Part shown: piece after piece, positions 49,765 to 62,034 of the stretch | How positions within the stretch are numbered: the first letter of the stretch is position 1 | Layout of the letters: every line of letters starts with the position of its first letter | Position numbers and translations under genes: made by a program | Source: Cetorhinus maximus | Lineage: Eukaryota | Direction of reading: 5' to 3' | DNA: 64,000 bases | Assembly (NCBI RefSeq): GCF_964194155.1 | Contig: NC_135883.1 | Location: 67,208,001-67,272,000 of the forward strand | The notes under the pieces: generated by a model | Told to the model about the DNA's origin: nothing | What the model saw: the letters and a program-made list of their open reading frames with translations, nothing else | Database searches by the model: none

Positions 49765-52205
49765 ACCCCAATTCCAGTCAGCATCTGTGATACTGAACCC
49801 CAATTCCAGTCAGAGTCCCTGATACTGAACCCCAATTCCAATCAGTGTCTCTGATACTGAACCCAAATTCAAGTCAGTGTCGCTGACACTGAACCCAATT
49901 CCAGTCAGCGTCCGTGATACTGAACCCCAATTCCAGTCAGTTTTGCTGACACTGAACCCCAATTCCAGTCAGCATCAGTGATACTGAACCCCAATTCCAG
50001 TCAGCGCCTGTGATACTGAACCCCAATTCCAGTCAGTGTCCCTGTTACTGAACCCCAATTCCAGTCAGTGTCTGTAATACTAAACACTAATTCCAGTCAT
50101 AGACCCTGATATTGAACCCCAATTCCAGTCAGCATGTGTGATTCTAAACCCCAATTCCAGTCAGTGTCCCTGATACTGAATCCCAATTCCAGTCAGTGTC
50201 TCTGATACTGAACCCCAATTCCAGTCAGTGTCCCTGATGCTGAACCCCAATTCCAGTAAGTGTCCCTGATACTGAATCCCAATTCCAGTCAGTGCCTGTG
50301 ATACATGAACCCCAATTCCAGTCAGTGTTTGTGATAATGAACCCCAATTCCAGTCAGTGTCCCTGATACTGAACCCCAATTCCAGTCAGTGTCCCTGATA
50401 CTGAACCCCAATTCCAGTCAGTGTCCCTGATACTGAACCCCAATTCCAGTCAGTGTCCCTGATACTGAACCCCAATTCCAGTCAGTGTCCCTGATACTGA
50501 ACCCCAATTCCAGCCAGTGTCTGAGATACATGAACCCCAATTCCAGTCAGTGTTTGTGATACTGAACCCCAATTCCAGCCAGTGTCTGTGATACATGAAC
50601 CCCAATTCCAGCCAGTGTCCCTGATACTGAACTCCAATTCCAGTCAGTGTCCCTGATACTGAACCCTAATTCCAGTCAGTGTCCCTGATACTGAACCCCA
50701 ATTACAGTCAGTGTCTGTGATACATGAACCCCAATTCCAGTCAGTGTTTGTGATACTGAACCCCAATTCCAGTCGGTGTCCCTGATACTGAACCCCAATT
50801 CCAGTCAGTATCCCTGATACTGAACCCCAATTCCAGTCAGTGGCCAGAATTTTACTTCCTCCAGGTGGGCGCACGCCCAATCCATCCACAAAATAGCACA
50901 AGATGAAGTCGGGCGAGCGACCCCACGTCAACGCGCACTCACATGATATCTTGCTCGGCGGGTGCATGCGGCAGTCAGAAGCAAGCCTGCCGATAATTAA
51001 GTGGGCAATCAAGCCCATTAAGGAGGCACTTGAAAGTGATTTTTCGTTGCCCGTCCACTTTTACGGTTGGCGGATGGGCCAATCGGCCAGGTGGCCTTTA
51101 CATTTTTGCTGAGACCTCGATCCAGGGCAGGATGAAATCTCCATGGGGAAATAAAATAAAGAGAGATATCTGGGGACTTTTTTTATGAGGTACGCTTTCG
51201 GGTGCTTGATTGTGCTGCATGGACATATTTTGCAGCATTTTTGTTGTTTTATTTATTCTGTGCAGGTCCTGGGGCAGCTGTCTGCCTTCAGGAAGCTCGC
51301 TGGAAGCGCTCAACAGCACCCGCGGTGACATCAGCGCCTGCCATCTTCCCGCCCCCACCAGCATTGCTGAGCCTTTCTCACCGCGCGTTTCATGCTGGCT
51401 GGCCGTTAGTTGGTCAGATAGCGTAAAATCACGGTCGGGGGCCGATCACAGATGGGAGCCTGTTTCCCATCCACTCGTGGGTCCGCTGATCACACGCACC
51501 CAACGAGCGAAAAATTCAGGCCAGTCTCCCTGATACTGAATTCCAATTCCAGTCGACATCTGTGATACTGAACCCCAATTCCAGTCAGTGTCTGCGATAC
51601 TGAACCCCAATTCCAGTCAGTGTCCGTGATACTGAACCCCAATTCCAGTTGACATCTGTGATACTGAACCCCAATTCCAGTCAGTGTCCGTGATACTGAA
51701 CCCCAATTCCAGTCAGTGTCTGTGATACTGAACCCCAATTTCAGTCAGTGTCTGTGATACTGAACCCCAATTCCAGTCAGTGTCCATGATACTGAACTCC
51801 AATTCCAGTCAGTGTCTGTGATACTGAACCCCAATTCCAGTCAGTGTCTGTGATACTGAACCCCAATTCCAGTCAGTGTCTGTGATACTGAACCCCAATT
51901 CCAGTCAGTGTCTGTGATACTGAACCCCAATTCCAGTCAGTGTCTGTGATACTGAACCCCAATTCCAGTTAGTGTCTGTGATACTGAACCCCAATTCCAG
52001 TCAGTGTCTGTGATACTGAACCCCAATTCCAGTCAGTGTCTGTGATACTGACCCCAATTCCAGTCAGTGTCTGTGATACTGAACCCCAATTCCAGTTAGT
52101 GTCTATGATACTGAACCCCAATTCCAGTCAGTATCTGTGATACTGAACCCCAATTCCAGTTAGTGACTGTGATACTGAACCCCAATTTCAGTCAGCATCT
52201 GTGAT
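49765..52205. repeat. Minisatellite, 32-bp unit GATACTGAACCCCAATTCCAGTCAGTGTC(CC/TG)T, split by a MITE
   Basis: 32-bp periodicity at 49765-50841 and 51523-52205. Confidence 0.95.
50842..51522. mobile_element. Harbinger-type MITE (681 bp) inserted into the minisatellite
   Basis: TIRs GGCCAGAATTTT / AAAATTCAGGCC; TSD AGT; related to the 6.0 and 18.9 kb MITEs. Confidence 0.88.
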
Positions 52206-52622
52206 AGCATACACTACAGTCACTACCTAAAAGGACTGCTGATACAGGACTTTAGCTAACTAGACTCCTGGCACAGGATTTTGCCCAACTGGAATTTGTA
52301 TCTTTCTGTAAAGGTTGTACAATAGTTGGATGAGCAGTTTGTGGGACAGTGAGATGGAATTGAGCAATTCTGACATGCAATTTTCTGTGAGCAGATGAAA
52401 AATGTCAGCATGTCCCTGTTTAAAATGCAGGTCTGCCTTTGGGAAGTTAATATCTGCTTTACTTTGTACAGTGGATGATTGTTTTTTTCCAGCCATTAAT
52501 CACAGAATGAGGAGCCAGTGTTACCAGCTATTTGCAATTAATTGTCAACTGATCCCAGTGTAACAATTTATAACTCCTGAGGAAAGCTGCTTCAAGTCTG
52601 GCCATTAGTACAGGCTGAGGAG

Positions 52623-52818
52623 CCTCCACAGTCCATAAGCCCTCACTCATTCACTCGGGTACCTCCACAACCCATGAACCCTCATTCATTCACTCAGGTA
52701 CCTCCACAACCCATGAACCCTCACTCATTCACTCAGGTACCTCCACAACCCATGAACCCTCACTCATTCACTCAGGTACCTCCACAACCCATGAACCCTC
52801 ACTCATTCACTCAGGTAT
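52623..52818. repeat. Tandem repeat, 39-bp unit x5
   Basis: CCTCCACAACCCATGAACCCTCACTCATTCACTCAGGTA. Confidence 0.95.
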
Positions 52819-53156
52819 GAGGTCTCGTTACAGTATTAAGTGTTAACGTGCCGACCTCAGTGTGGTGGTTTTAATAGTGACACTGTTCTCTTCACCAATG
52901 TGTTCTCTTCACTGTTGAGTGTGTTCTGTGCACGTGATGTTCGCTCTGTGATTGTCGTGTTCGCTCTGTCCATGTAGTGTTCGCTCTGCCAGCGTGCTGT
53001 GCGCACTAGTTTGTTCTGTTTACTTTATGACCTGAACAACACTCTAGCAATGGTTTAAAACAACCTCTCCCCACCAGTCTGCGTATCGAGCCTGCAGTAG
53101 TCTGAGGTGAATGTGAGATGAACCTGGAGTGACTGTGGGACAAAGTGTGAGTCTGA

Positions 53157-55090
53157 GGCTGGAATTTTCCCACTCGAGGTGGGAGGATGTATGAGTCCCA
53201 ATGTCGTGATCCCACCCCCATTCCAACAGTGCTGGCAGGAGGCATTTTTATTTCCTGGTGGGTGAGACATCCTCGAATTGGACCTGCTGCCAGAGGCAGA
53301 GACAGTAGCAGGGCTATTCCAAGCAGGCCAAGTTAAAAGGTCCACCTCCGTTCTCAGAAACATTGGCCCAGTTCTTCAGATCAGTGTAAAGCCCCCACCC
53401 CCTTCTCCCCTTACCCCACACTCCCTCTACCCCTTCACCATCCCTACCCTCTCACCTCCCCTTTACCCCTATAACCCCATCAACCCTCCTTCACCTCACT
53501 TTTGCCCGCTTAAACCTTCCCACCCTTCCTCATCCCTTCACTATCCCTACCCTTACCCTCCTCACCCAGTACTCACAAGTCCTGTAATAGCATTTGGAAG
53601 TTCATAAATCTGTCAAAATAAAAGAAAATCACTTAAATGGGCACTTAAAAACATTATCCTCTTTAGAAGTTTATAAATCTGTCAAAGATATCTAACTCAC
53701 ATTGCCTAGGTCAGCTGAATAAACAAACTCTGCACGACAAATTTATTAGTGCTTTGGAAAGCAGCCAAAGGCTCATACATCTGTCAAAGCTTTAAAACAA
53801 ACAAACAGGTGGCTAAGCTATTCTGCAAAGAATGAATGAAAGTCATGATAGAGTTTAAACAATTAGCTTGGATCTCACACAAGACTAGCCTTTCAATATT
53901 GTACAATGCAGGATAGCACTTTATCCAGTGGATAATCTATTCAAATGCATCTAAAGACTTTTCCACTTTTACAATGCTGTTCTTCACTTGACAGCTTGCC
54001 AGTTGTCAAAAGTAACAGCCTGTCAACCACTTTGTTTATTTATTTATTAACAGGTTGTGGATGTCGCTGACTAGGCCATCATTTATTGCCAATCCCCAAT
54101 TGCCCTCGAGAAGGTGGTGGTGAGCCACCTTCTTGATGTCCTGCAGTCCATGTGGTGTAGGTACACAGATGATGCTGTTAAGAAGGGAATTCCTAGATTT
54201 TGACCCAGTGACAGTGAAGGAACAGTGATATAGTTCCAAGTCAAGATGGTATGCAGCTTGGAGGTGGTGGTGTTCCCATGCAACTGCTGCCCTTGTCCTT
54301 CTAGGTGGTAGAGTTCACAAATTTGGAAGATGCTGTTGAAGGAGTCTTGGCTGCAGTCCATCTAGACAGTATACACTGCCGCCACTGCGTCAGTAGTGGG
54401 CAGAGTGAATATGGTGGATGGGGTGCCAAACAAGTGGGATGCTTTGTCCTGGATGGTGTCAAACATCTTGAGTGTTGTTGCAGCTGCACCCATCCAGGCA
54501 AGTGGAAAGTATTCCATCACTTGTGCCTTGTAGATGGCGGGCAGGTTTTGGGGAGTCAGGAAGTGAGTTACTGTCCGCAGAATTCCCAGCCTCTGACCTG
54601 CTCTTGTAGCCACAGTATTTATATTGCTAGTCCCTTTCAATTTCTGGACAATGGTCACCCCTAGGATGTTGTGGATATTTAATGGTCACTTACCTTTCCC
54701 AATCGCAGCACTGTCATAACTTACTTCAACAAACACAGATATAACTCAGGCCATAGCATCTCATGATGAACTGCAAAGGAGGCAGCACCACTTTTATTCA
54801 CCGTTTGTACTCTTCCTGCTTCCATTCCATGGTTCACACCTCCACTCTGTAGGTTGATTTAGGAGAGATTCCGAAAGGTTGCCACCTCGATGAACATTTT
54901 AGCACTTCTCAAATGACCACTTACAGAATGGTGCTATCAACTTCTAAACAGCAATGTGCAGGGTTCCCAACCCGTCCCTTTCCCGTGCCAGGCAAAATGG
55001 CTTGCGCCGGGACGGGACTTCCAGATCCCCACCCTGGCTGGTATTTTATTTCCCCATCCGACTCCATTTAGTTTGGGGCAGGGCCCCAAA
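53157..55090. mobile_element. Unclassified non-autonomous DNA element-like repeat interrupted by a LINE
   Basis: Starts GGCTGGAATTTT (Harbinger-TIR-like); layout like 21.3-22.6 kb; right end unresolved. Confidence 0.35.
54035..54670 (-). mobile_element. 3' fragment of the second LINE family
   Basis: Similar to 13132-13770 and 38465-39120; YKAQV.MEY.PLAWM. Confidence 0.85.
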
Positions 55091-55121
55091 CAGAGTTAAT
55101 GTCTCCAGTCAATGACTCTTC

Positions 55122-55835
55122 AGGCAGAATTTAAAGAGTGCAAGAGGGATCACACAACTGAGCCCACTGTCTCCAGGAACCAGACCCCATTACCAGGCAA
55201 TCAGGCTTTTAACCGGGCAGCGATGGCCCGCCCACTTGATGAAGCCCCCTGTAGGGTAGAAATCCTGCCCCCCGTCAGCTGCCGGCCAATCACAGTTCAG
55301 CAGCTCTCCAGTCTCAGGAGCGCCACCAGGAGCATCGGCCACTGCCAGTTTTACACCTCGGCCTGCAGGAGCGATCAGCCATGGATTCCCAGATGGAGGA
55401 GAGTACAGACAGAATGAGATTTGCAGGGTTAGACTCACCAGGGAGTGAGCTTGGCAGCAAGGTATGGGTGGTGGCTTTCAGTGGGTGCCCCCCCCCACCC
55501 CCGCTTCTGATATTGGGTACCTTGATCAGGTACAGGTGCCTGTGAATGAAAGATCCCACCTCACCCCCCCAGGTGCCACAGGCAAGCCCCACAGGGTTTG
55601 CAATGCAGCTTCCCCAGAGAACATCAGCAGCGGCGGGAGAAGACCCCAACAGGCCTTTAGGCGGCTACTTAAAAGCCTTAATTGACCTCTGGGTGCAAAG
55701 GCCTGCCTCCATCCTTCCAACCCAAATCAGGGGTAGTCTGGAAGACGATAGGGTCCCCCACCCCATATCCTCCCGCCTGATCAAACGCCCCCCCCGCCTC
55801 CGAACTCACCTTGGGGGTGTCATTAAATTCAGTCC
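55122..55835. mobile_element. Harbinger-type MITE (714 bp)
   Basis: Imperfect TIRs AGGCAGAATTTAA / TTAAATTCAGTCC; TSD TTC. Confidence 0.7.
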
Positions 55836-55839
55836 TTCG

Positions 55840-56795
55840 TCAGTGTTAGGCTGTGAATTGGGATTTGTATCTATGTTAGGGCTAGACTTTGTGTTGGGTC
55901 TAATACTGTTGTTCGATTTAGGCTTATGCTGTGGCTAAGTTCTTGTTAATGTTAGGGCTGGTGTTAATGTTAATTTAGGGCACTGTTAGTTTTAGGGTTG
56001 GTGTCGGAATTGGATGCAATTTTACATCAGAGTTAGTTTTAGTGCTAATGTTAAGGGCCATTATTGCACTTAGTTTTAAATTTAGGGTTAGCATCTTTGC
56101 TGGTGTTAGGATTTGTGTTAGGGCTAGTGGTAGTGTTTAAGATTTGTGTTAGGGTTACAGATAGTGTTAAAATTAGTGTTAAGGCTTGTTAGTTCTAGGA
56201 CTATATTAGCTTGGGGCTAGAGTTAGTATTAGGCTTAGTGTTAGGGTCAGAGTTAGTTAGTTTTATCATCAGTGTTAGTATTAGGGTTGTATTGTGGGTG
56301 TGGGCAGGAATGTGGCTGCTTTCTCAAGTATTCTCATTTCTTTCGATTTTTGTTTGTGTCACTGGTACCTGCCCCTTTCATTTGGCTCAACTTTCAATTG
56401 ATTTTTATTTTGTTTCACTCAGGATTGTCCTGTTTTTTTTTCCGGTTGTTTCTCTTACCTTTAGCTGAGGTCCTGAGAGTGGGGTTGATTTTAGCCCACA
56501 TCTCACTGTGACTTCCTATTTTCAGATTGTTTGCTCTGTGCATGCAGTTTATTTGAGTCTTGTAGGTTGGCTTTAGTATAGAGACTTGGGGTTCAAGGCA
56601 TTTGTTAGATTATTGAAATCAGGTAAATCTAATTTAGGTTATAGTACATTTAATGGTTAGGTTTTATTGATAGGGTCAGTGTTTGGGTTAGCGTTAGCCA
56701 AGGGCTTTGGGATTAGGGTTAAGGTTATGGTTGGGGTTACATTTAGAGCTAGGATTAGGATTGTAGTTGGGGTTAGATAATGGGATTAGAGGAAT
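55840..56795 (+). repeat. Degenerate TTAGGG-rich low-complexity tracts (55840-56295 and 56625-56795)
   Basis: Many TTAGGG/GTTAG words, strong G/T skew, no pure array. Confidence 0.65.
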
Positions 56796-57734
56796 GGTGT
56801 ACAGATTAGCAGAATATCTCCCTGAAGGCAGTTGGATTGAGCAGATTATTTTTTTATCTTATGTGTTTTCACATTTTTCTTGTCTTGTCCTTATAGCATG
56901 TTACAGAGTTCTGATGATGGCCTGAGCTGCAGAATCCTTGTCTGAATGCCACACGATCACAGTCGTTGAGCAGTTATCATAGGGTCATGGTGTATTGCAG
57001 TTTTATTTATATGAATTTCCATATTTATCTGTTCTGCGTAATTACCACCAGTCACTGAATGTGAGACATCTCCAGCCTCAAATTAATGTTAAATATTTAA
57101 TTCACAGAAGGTTTAGAATTCCCACCACTCACATCCCTAAAGGCATCCAATAATATGCATGGTAGACCCAAATAGCACAGCTTTGCCCTGAAGGTACAGA
57201 ATGTCTTGGAGTGGTGAGTCTGAAATCCTCTCTAAAAGTTGGACTATGTTTTATTTTAATAACTGCAAAAGAATAGCTGAAAATACCAAACAACAACTCA
57301 AAATGCGTACTATTGGTCTTTCATCCCTAAAGCCTGTCCTGTCACAGCTGAGCATTTGCAATCTGGTCTATCATGCTCTGCACCAACCTATTTAATCTGC
57401 TGAGGAAAGGCCCCAGTATTAATCCCTGGGGAACACCATTTGGAGATCATTCCCTTTATCCCAACCCTGTCCCCTACCTCACAACCAATTACCAACACAT
57501 GTCACACAGTTATGTCCAATTCTGTGTGCTTTTAATATTTTTTCTAATAATCTCTTGGGCCAAACCTTGTCAAATGCCTTCTAGTAGTCCATCTACACAA
57601 CACCAATAAACACTTTCCCCGATCTTCCAAGTTTCCTACGTTACGACAGAGGCTGCACTTCAAAAGCATTTCATCAGCTGTAAAGTGTTGGAATGTCCTG
57701 AGGTTGCAAAAGGCACAATATGAAGTATATTTAG

Positions 57735-58085
57735 GTGGGAGATGGTGACGTAGTGGTAAAGTCACTGGACTAGTAATCCAGAGGTCCAGGCTAATGCTCT
57801 GGGGACTTGGGTTCAAATCCCACCATGGCAGCTGGTGGAATTTAAATTCAACTATAAATCTGGAACTGAAAGCTAGTCATGGTGACTGTGACAACTATTA
57901 TCGATTGTTGTACAAGCCCATCTGGTTCACTAATGTCCTTTAGGGAAGGAAATCTGCCATCCTTACCTGGTCTGGCCTACATGTGGCTCCAAACCCATAG
58001 CACTGCTCTCTGAAATGGCCTAACAAGCCACTCAGTTCAAGGGCAATTGGGGATGGGCATCAAATGCTAACCTTGCTGGCCGTCG
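57735..58085 (+). mobile_element. tRNA-headed SINE (same family as 17075-17430)
   Basis: A-box-like TGACGTAGTGG, B-box GGTTCAAATCC, LINE-derived tail GGGATGGGCATCAAATGCT. Confidence 0.82.
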
Positions 58086-58684
58086 ATACTCCATTGAAAT
58101 TGGCAGAAACTTCGGGAGCCTGAAGAGTAAACCAGAAATCTAGACATTGTTGTCAGTAAGTCAACACTCCTCCACAGGATGTACTGTGGAGGTTTCTATA
58201 GACTGCTATCTCCTTTACAATCATAAATTGACAAGAATTTCCACTGTTATGCTGTTAGACTCTGTAAAACCTTGGAAATAGCTACCCCATGTTTAATGAA
58301 GTTTAACTGGGCTTTTATCAGTGAACAAACTTCATAATTCCTGCTAAACACCCTTATTGACCCTAAAAGGCTAATTTTATATTTGTGGATTGACAATTTT
58401 CTCCATAATGATGATAAATCCATATTTTTAATGTTTTTGAGCAGTTTGATTTTTCTTTATATGAACATCTATCTTGATCCAATCATAATTATTTATATCA
58501 CTATCGGAAAATTTAAATTATAGGTGAAGGATATTTAAGTGTTTTTGATTTCCTGGTTTGCTGTGTGTGAATACTTCAACATGATTGGCTCCTTATCTGT
58601 TTGCTGACATCACGATTTTTGCATGCCAAGGCATCCCCTTAACTTTGCTCCAGATTTAAACTGGCATCAGGAGACCCGAACTTG

Positions 58685-59220
58685 TATTATATCGTAATTT
58701 CAGTATCATAAGATGTCCCAAAGCTCTTTATAGGGACATTATAAAATATGACACTGAGCCATTCAAGGAGGTAGTAGGGTTGATAACCAAAAATCTGGTC
58801 AAAGGAGTGTCGTAAAGGAAGAATGCAAAATAGAGAGGCAGAGAGATTTATGGCGTGAATTCCAGAGCTTAGGCAACAGAAAGCATGGCCGCCAATGGTG
58901 GAGTGATTAAAACTGGGAATGCTCAAAAGGTCAGAGTGCAGATATCTCAGAGGGTTGTAGGGCTGGAGGAAATTACAGAAATAAGGAAGAGCAAGGCCAT
59001 GGAGGGATTTTAAAACAAGGATGAGAAACTTAAAGTCAAGCCGTGGCTTAACCAGGAGTTGGTGTAGGCCAGCGAGCACAGGGGTGATTGGTGAAAAGGA
59101 CTTGGTGCGAATTTAGAATTTTGAATTATCGAAGTTTGTGGAGGATAGAACATGTGAAATCAGCCAGGATTATGTTAGAAAAGCCAAATCTAGAGATAAC
59201 AAAGGTGTGCATAAGGCCTG
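58685..59220 (-). mobile_element. L2-type LINE 3' remnant
   Basis: LAGLHQLLVKPRLDFKFLILVLKSLHGLALPY..LLSIP..IGGHAF. Confidence 0.78.
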
Positions 59221-59431
59221 GTAAGAGGAAAGCCACATCAGAGAGATTGATAGATCTCTGTGGATATCTTTCTTCGTGGCTAGCACTGAGCCCTTTTGCT
59301 TTGCTGCACTGCTGACTGCAAAATCCAGGCCCATATCTTTGAGCAGCTCATACTTGTATCAGTGTTAAGTCACTCTGCCCTTGAATATAGATTCCAGTAA
59401 GTCTGTTATCATTGTGTATCTTCAATGGGGC

Positions 59432-62030
59432 TGTTCATGATCTAGGCTTCCAGATAATGCTGGAGGCACGGCTAATGGTAAACTCTACCTTTTATTGAAC
59501 ATTATACTAGTGATGTACAATACAGCCTCAGCACGAGGCCCTACATAGAACTATATCCCTCTGTTGTCAAGTGATCTTACATCACTGATGATGTAGACTT
59601 ATATATTTACATATTTAACATTAATCCTTTATGCTACATCTTCCCAAAGTCTCTGACTCCAATAAATACATTATTTATATTCTCCTACAACTCCCCCCAC
59701 CAAAGTCTCTGCCTTCCTCTGATTCACAGAGACAAGCATTGTAGTGGTTTCACCAATCTCCCCGATCATGTTCATATCTCTCATGAAGGTTGTATAGAAT
59801 TAAAGTTCTCCATATTCTCTCTTGAGCTCTGTAGAGCAGTATGTGAATCATCAGCAACTGTTGGTTCTCTGTTCAGGTTGTCTTCCTGATCATATGGGTA
59901 GTTAGTCCATTCCATTAATGGCTGTTTTCTTGTTGAGGTAAGTGCGCTTTTGATGCGTGAACGATGTGCCCCAGAAATGTTGGTTCTGAGAACTCACGCT
60001 TATTGTTGAGAATTAAAGCTGCTCCTTCCAGGCATTGCAACACTGCTCTCACTCTTATATCATGCTTCAGTGAGGTGGACCCGTGAATCAAGATGTCATT
60101 GATGTGGCAGATAACCCCCTTCTAATCCCTCCAAAATGCCTATTGTTGCTTTCTGAAAAATCTCTGGAATGATGTGATTCCAAAGGATAGGCGATTGAAG
60201 CAATATCTCCCAAATGGTGTGATAAATGTGGATTCCTCTCCAAAGGTACTAGCCAGAGCCACTGTTTGCGTCCAACTATGTGAAATGGTACTTTTTGTTA
60301 GCTTTGTGGAATTATCATCTACAGATGCCTTTGGGCGGATCTCCGTTTCCACTGCCCTGTTTAACTGTGTGAGGTCAACACAGATTCATATTGAACCATT
60401 TGGTTTCGGTACAAGAACCATACCTGAAAACCAACTTGTAGGTTTGGTCACAGGTTAGATGACTTCCTGTGCAGCATTAACTCAATTTCTTGTTTCACTT
60501 TCTGTAAAAGTGGGTGTGGAACCTTCCTTTGGGGTGAACAAGCACACTGGTTTGACATCTGGTCTCAATGTAATGCAAGTGGCTGTTTTTAGCTTCCCCA
60601 GGCCTCTGAATAGTTTTGGAAATTCTATCCTGAATTCTGTTGACTATTCTGGCCATCCCAATTCATCAACTTTGTCGATGAGTTGTAGATCTATGCAAGC
60701 TTTTTGACTTAACAGTTGAACATTCTTCATTTTGGATCACATACAAAGTTTCTGTGATTTCTCTTCCTTTGTACTGGAGCTTAGCAGTCAACTATACCTT
60801 GACCTTCAGTTGAGTGCTTTATGGACCGTGGAGACATATGATCGATGGCTCGAGGAAGTCTGGTTTTAACCACTGCTTTGTGTCTGAAAGAATTGAAACT
60901 CCTGCTCCAGTGTCTAATTTGAACTTTGTTTTATGTCTGTTGACTGTAATATCTGCACTCCAATAGTTCCTATTAGATCCTATAATTTCTCTCAAGAATG
61001 GCACTTCATTATCTTTTTCTTCTTCAACCTCTTGGATGGTACATTATCTAAGTTATCTCTCCTTTATCTTTTGTGTTAGGAGTTTTTTGGTGCGGAATAC
61101 TGATTCAAAATGGCTTCTCCTTGCAGGAATGGAACTCCATATTTTTGGCGGGGCATTCTTTACGCCAATGCAGCCTTTTCCCATCACAACAAGAACAGTG
61201 GATAACAGCGGCTACCGTGCCCTCTTCACTCTTCCCCTTCTTGGGATTAGTTGTGCTGCTGCTTCTATGTACTACAAACTGGAATGTATCAATTATTTTT
61301 CTTCATAAGATTTCTTTCTCGCCTTGAATGAAACTCTGGTTTTGCTTTCTCTCTTCAGCGTGCCTTAATATCTGCACAGCCTTCAAGAGGGTCAAATTGT
61401 CTGTCAACTGCAGAAAATCTGATGAAGTCTCTTCTAAGACTCTTACAACAATGCGATCCTGAATTAATTCATCTTTCTGGGCTCCACATTTGCAATTCCC
61501 TGCTAATTGATATAAATCATTAATGAAGGAATCTATGCGCTGCCCCGGGCTTTGGGTGCACCTGTTGAATTTTGCCCTCTCTGTAATGGTGTTCCTTCCA
61601 AGACTAAAATAAGTATCAAAAACTTTGATAACTTCTTCATATGTCGCCGTGTCTTTGTTCATACCCTGTCTGACTATTGAGCCATCTGCACTACTGCCTA
61701 AGGCATAGAGTAAGGTACCGACCTGTTCCTTGCTAGTCTATTCTGCTAGTCCTGAAGCTGTTCTGTATCCGGTAAACCTCCGACACCAGTTCTGCCACTT
61801 CTTGGCTTGGTCCGGGACTTCCACATCATCAAAGTACTCTGGTAAATGTAGAATTTTCTCCTTAGCTTCCCTTCGCTGTAGCCTTTTCTAAAATTCGGTT
61901 GAAGATTTTCCCATGCTGTCCTTGTCCTGAAGTTGTTTCTCTTGCTGTTTCTTCCAGTTGCTGGGCTCTTCGCTGGTGACTTCTTTCATCTGTTTGCCAC
62001 TGCCACTATCTGTTACCATCATTGTGAGTT
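59432..62030 (-). mobile_element. Decayed Gypsy-type retrotransposon: gag, protease, partial RT, PPT and 3' LTR (about 59432-59638)
   Basis: gag ERAKFNRCTQ..IDSFINDLY..IQDRIVV; FKLDTGAGVS; CVDLTQLN, TFITPFGRYCFNRLSFGITS; LTR begins TGTAGC after a purine tract and has AATAAA. 5' LTR not seen. Confidence 0.85.
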
Positions 62031-62034
62031 TTAG

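Noticed and set aside
49765-52205. CRISPR-like array (32-bp repeats)
   Set aside because: Pure tandem minisatellite; the only interruption is a MITE.
57735-57830. tRNA gene (also 17075 and 45725)
   Set aside because: A/B boxes belong to SINE heads; no cloverleaf could be built.
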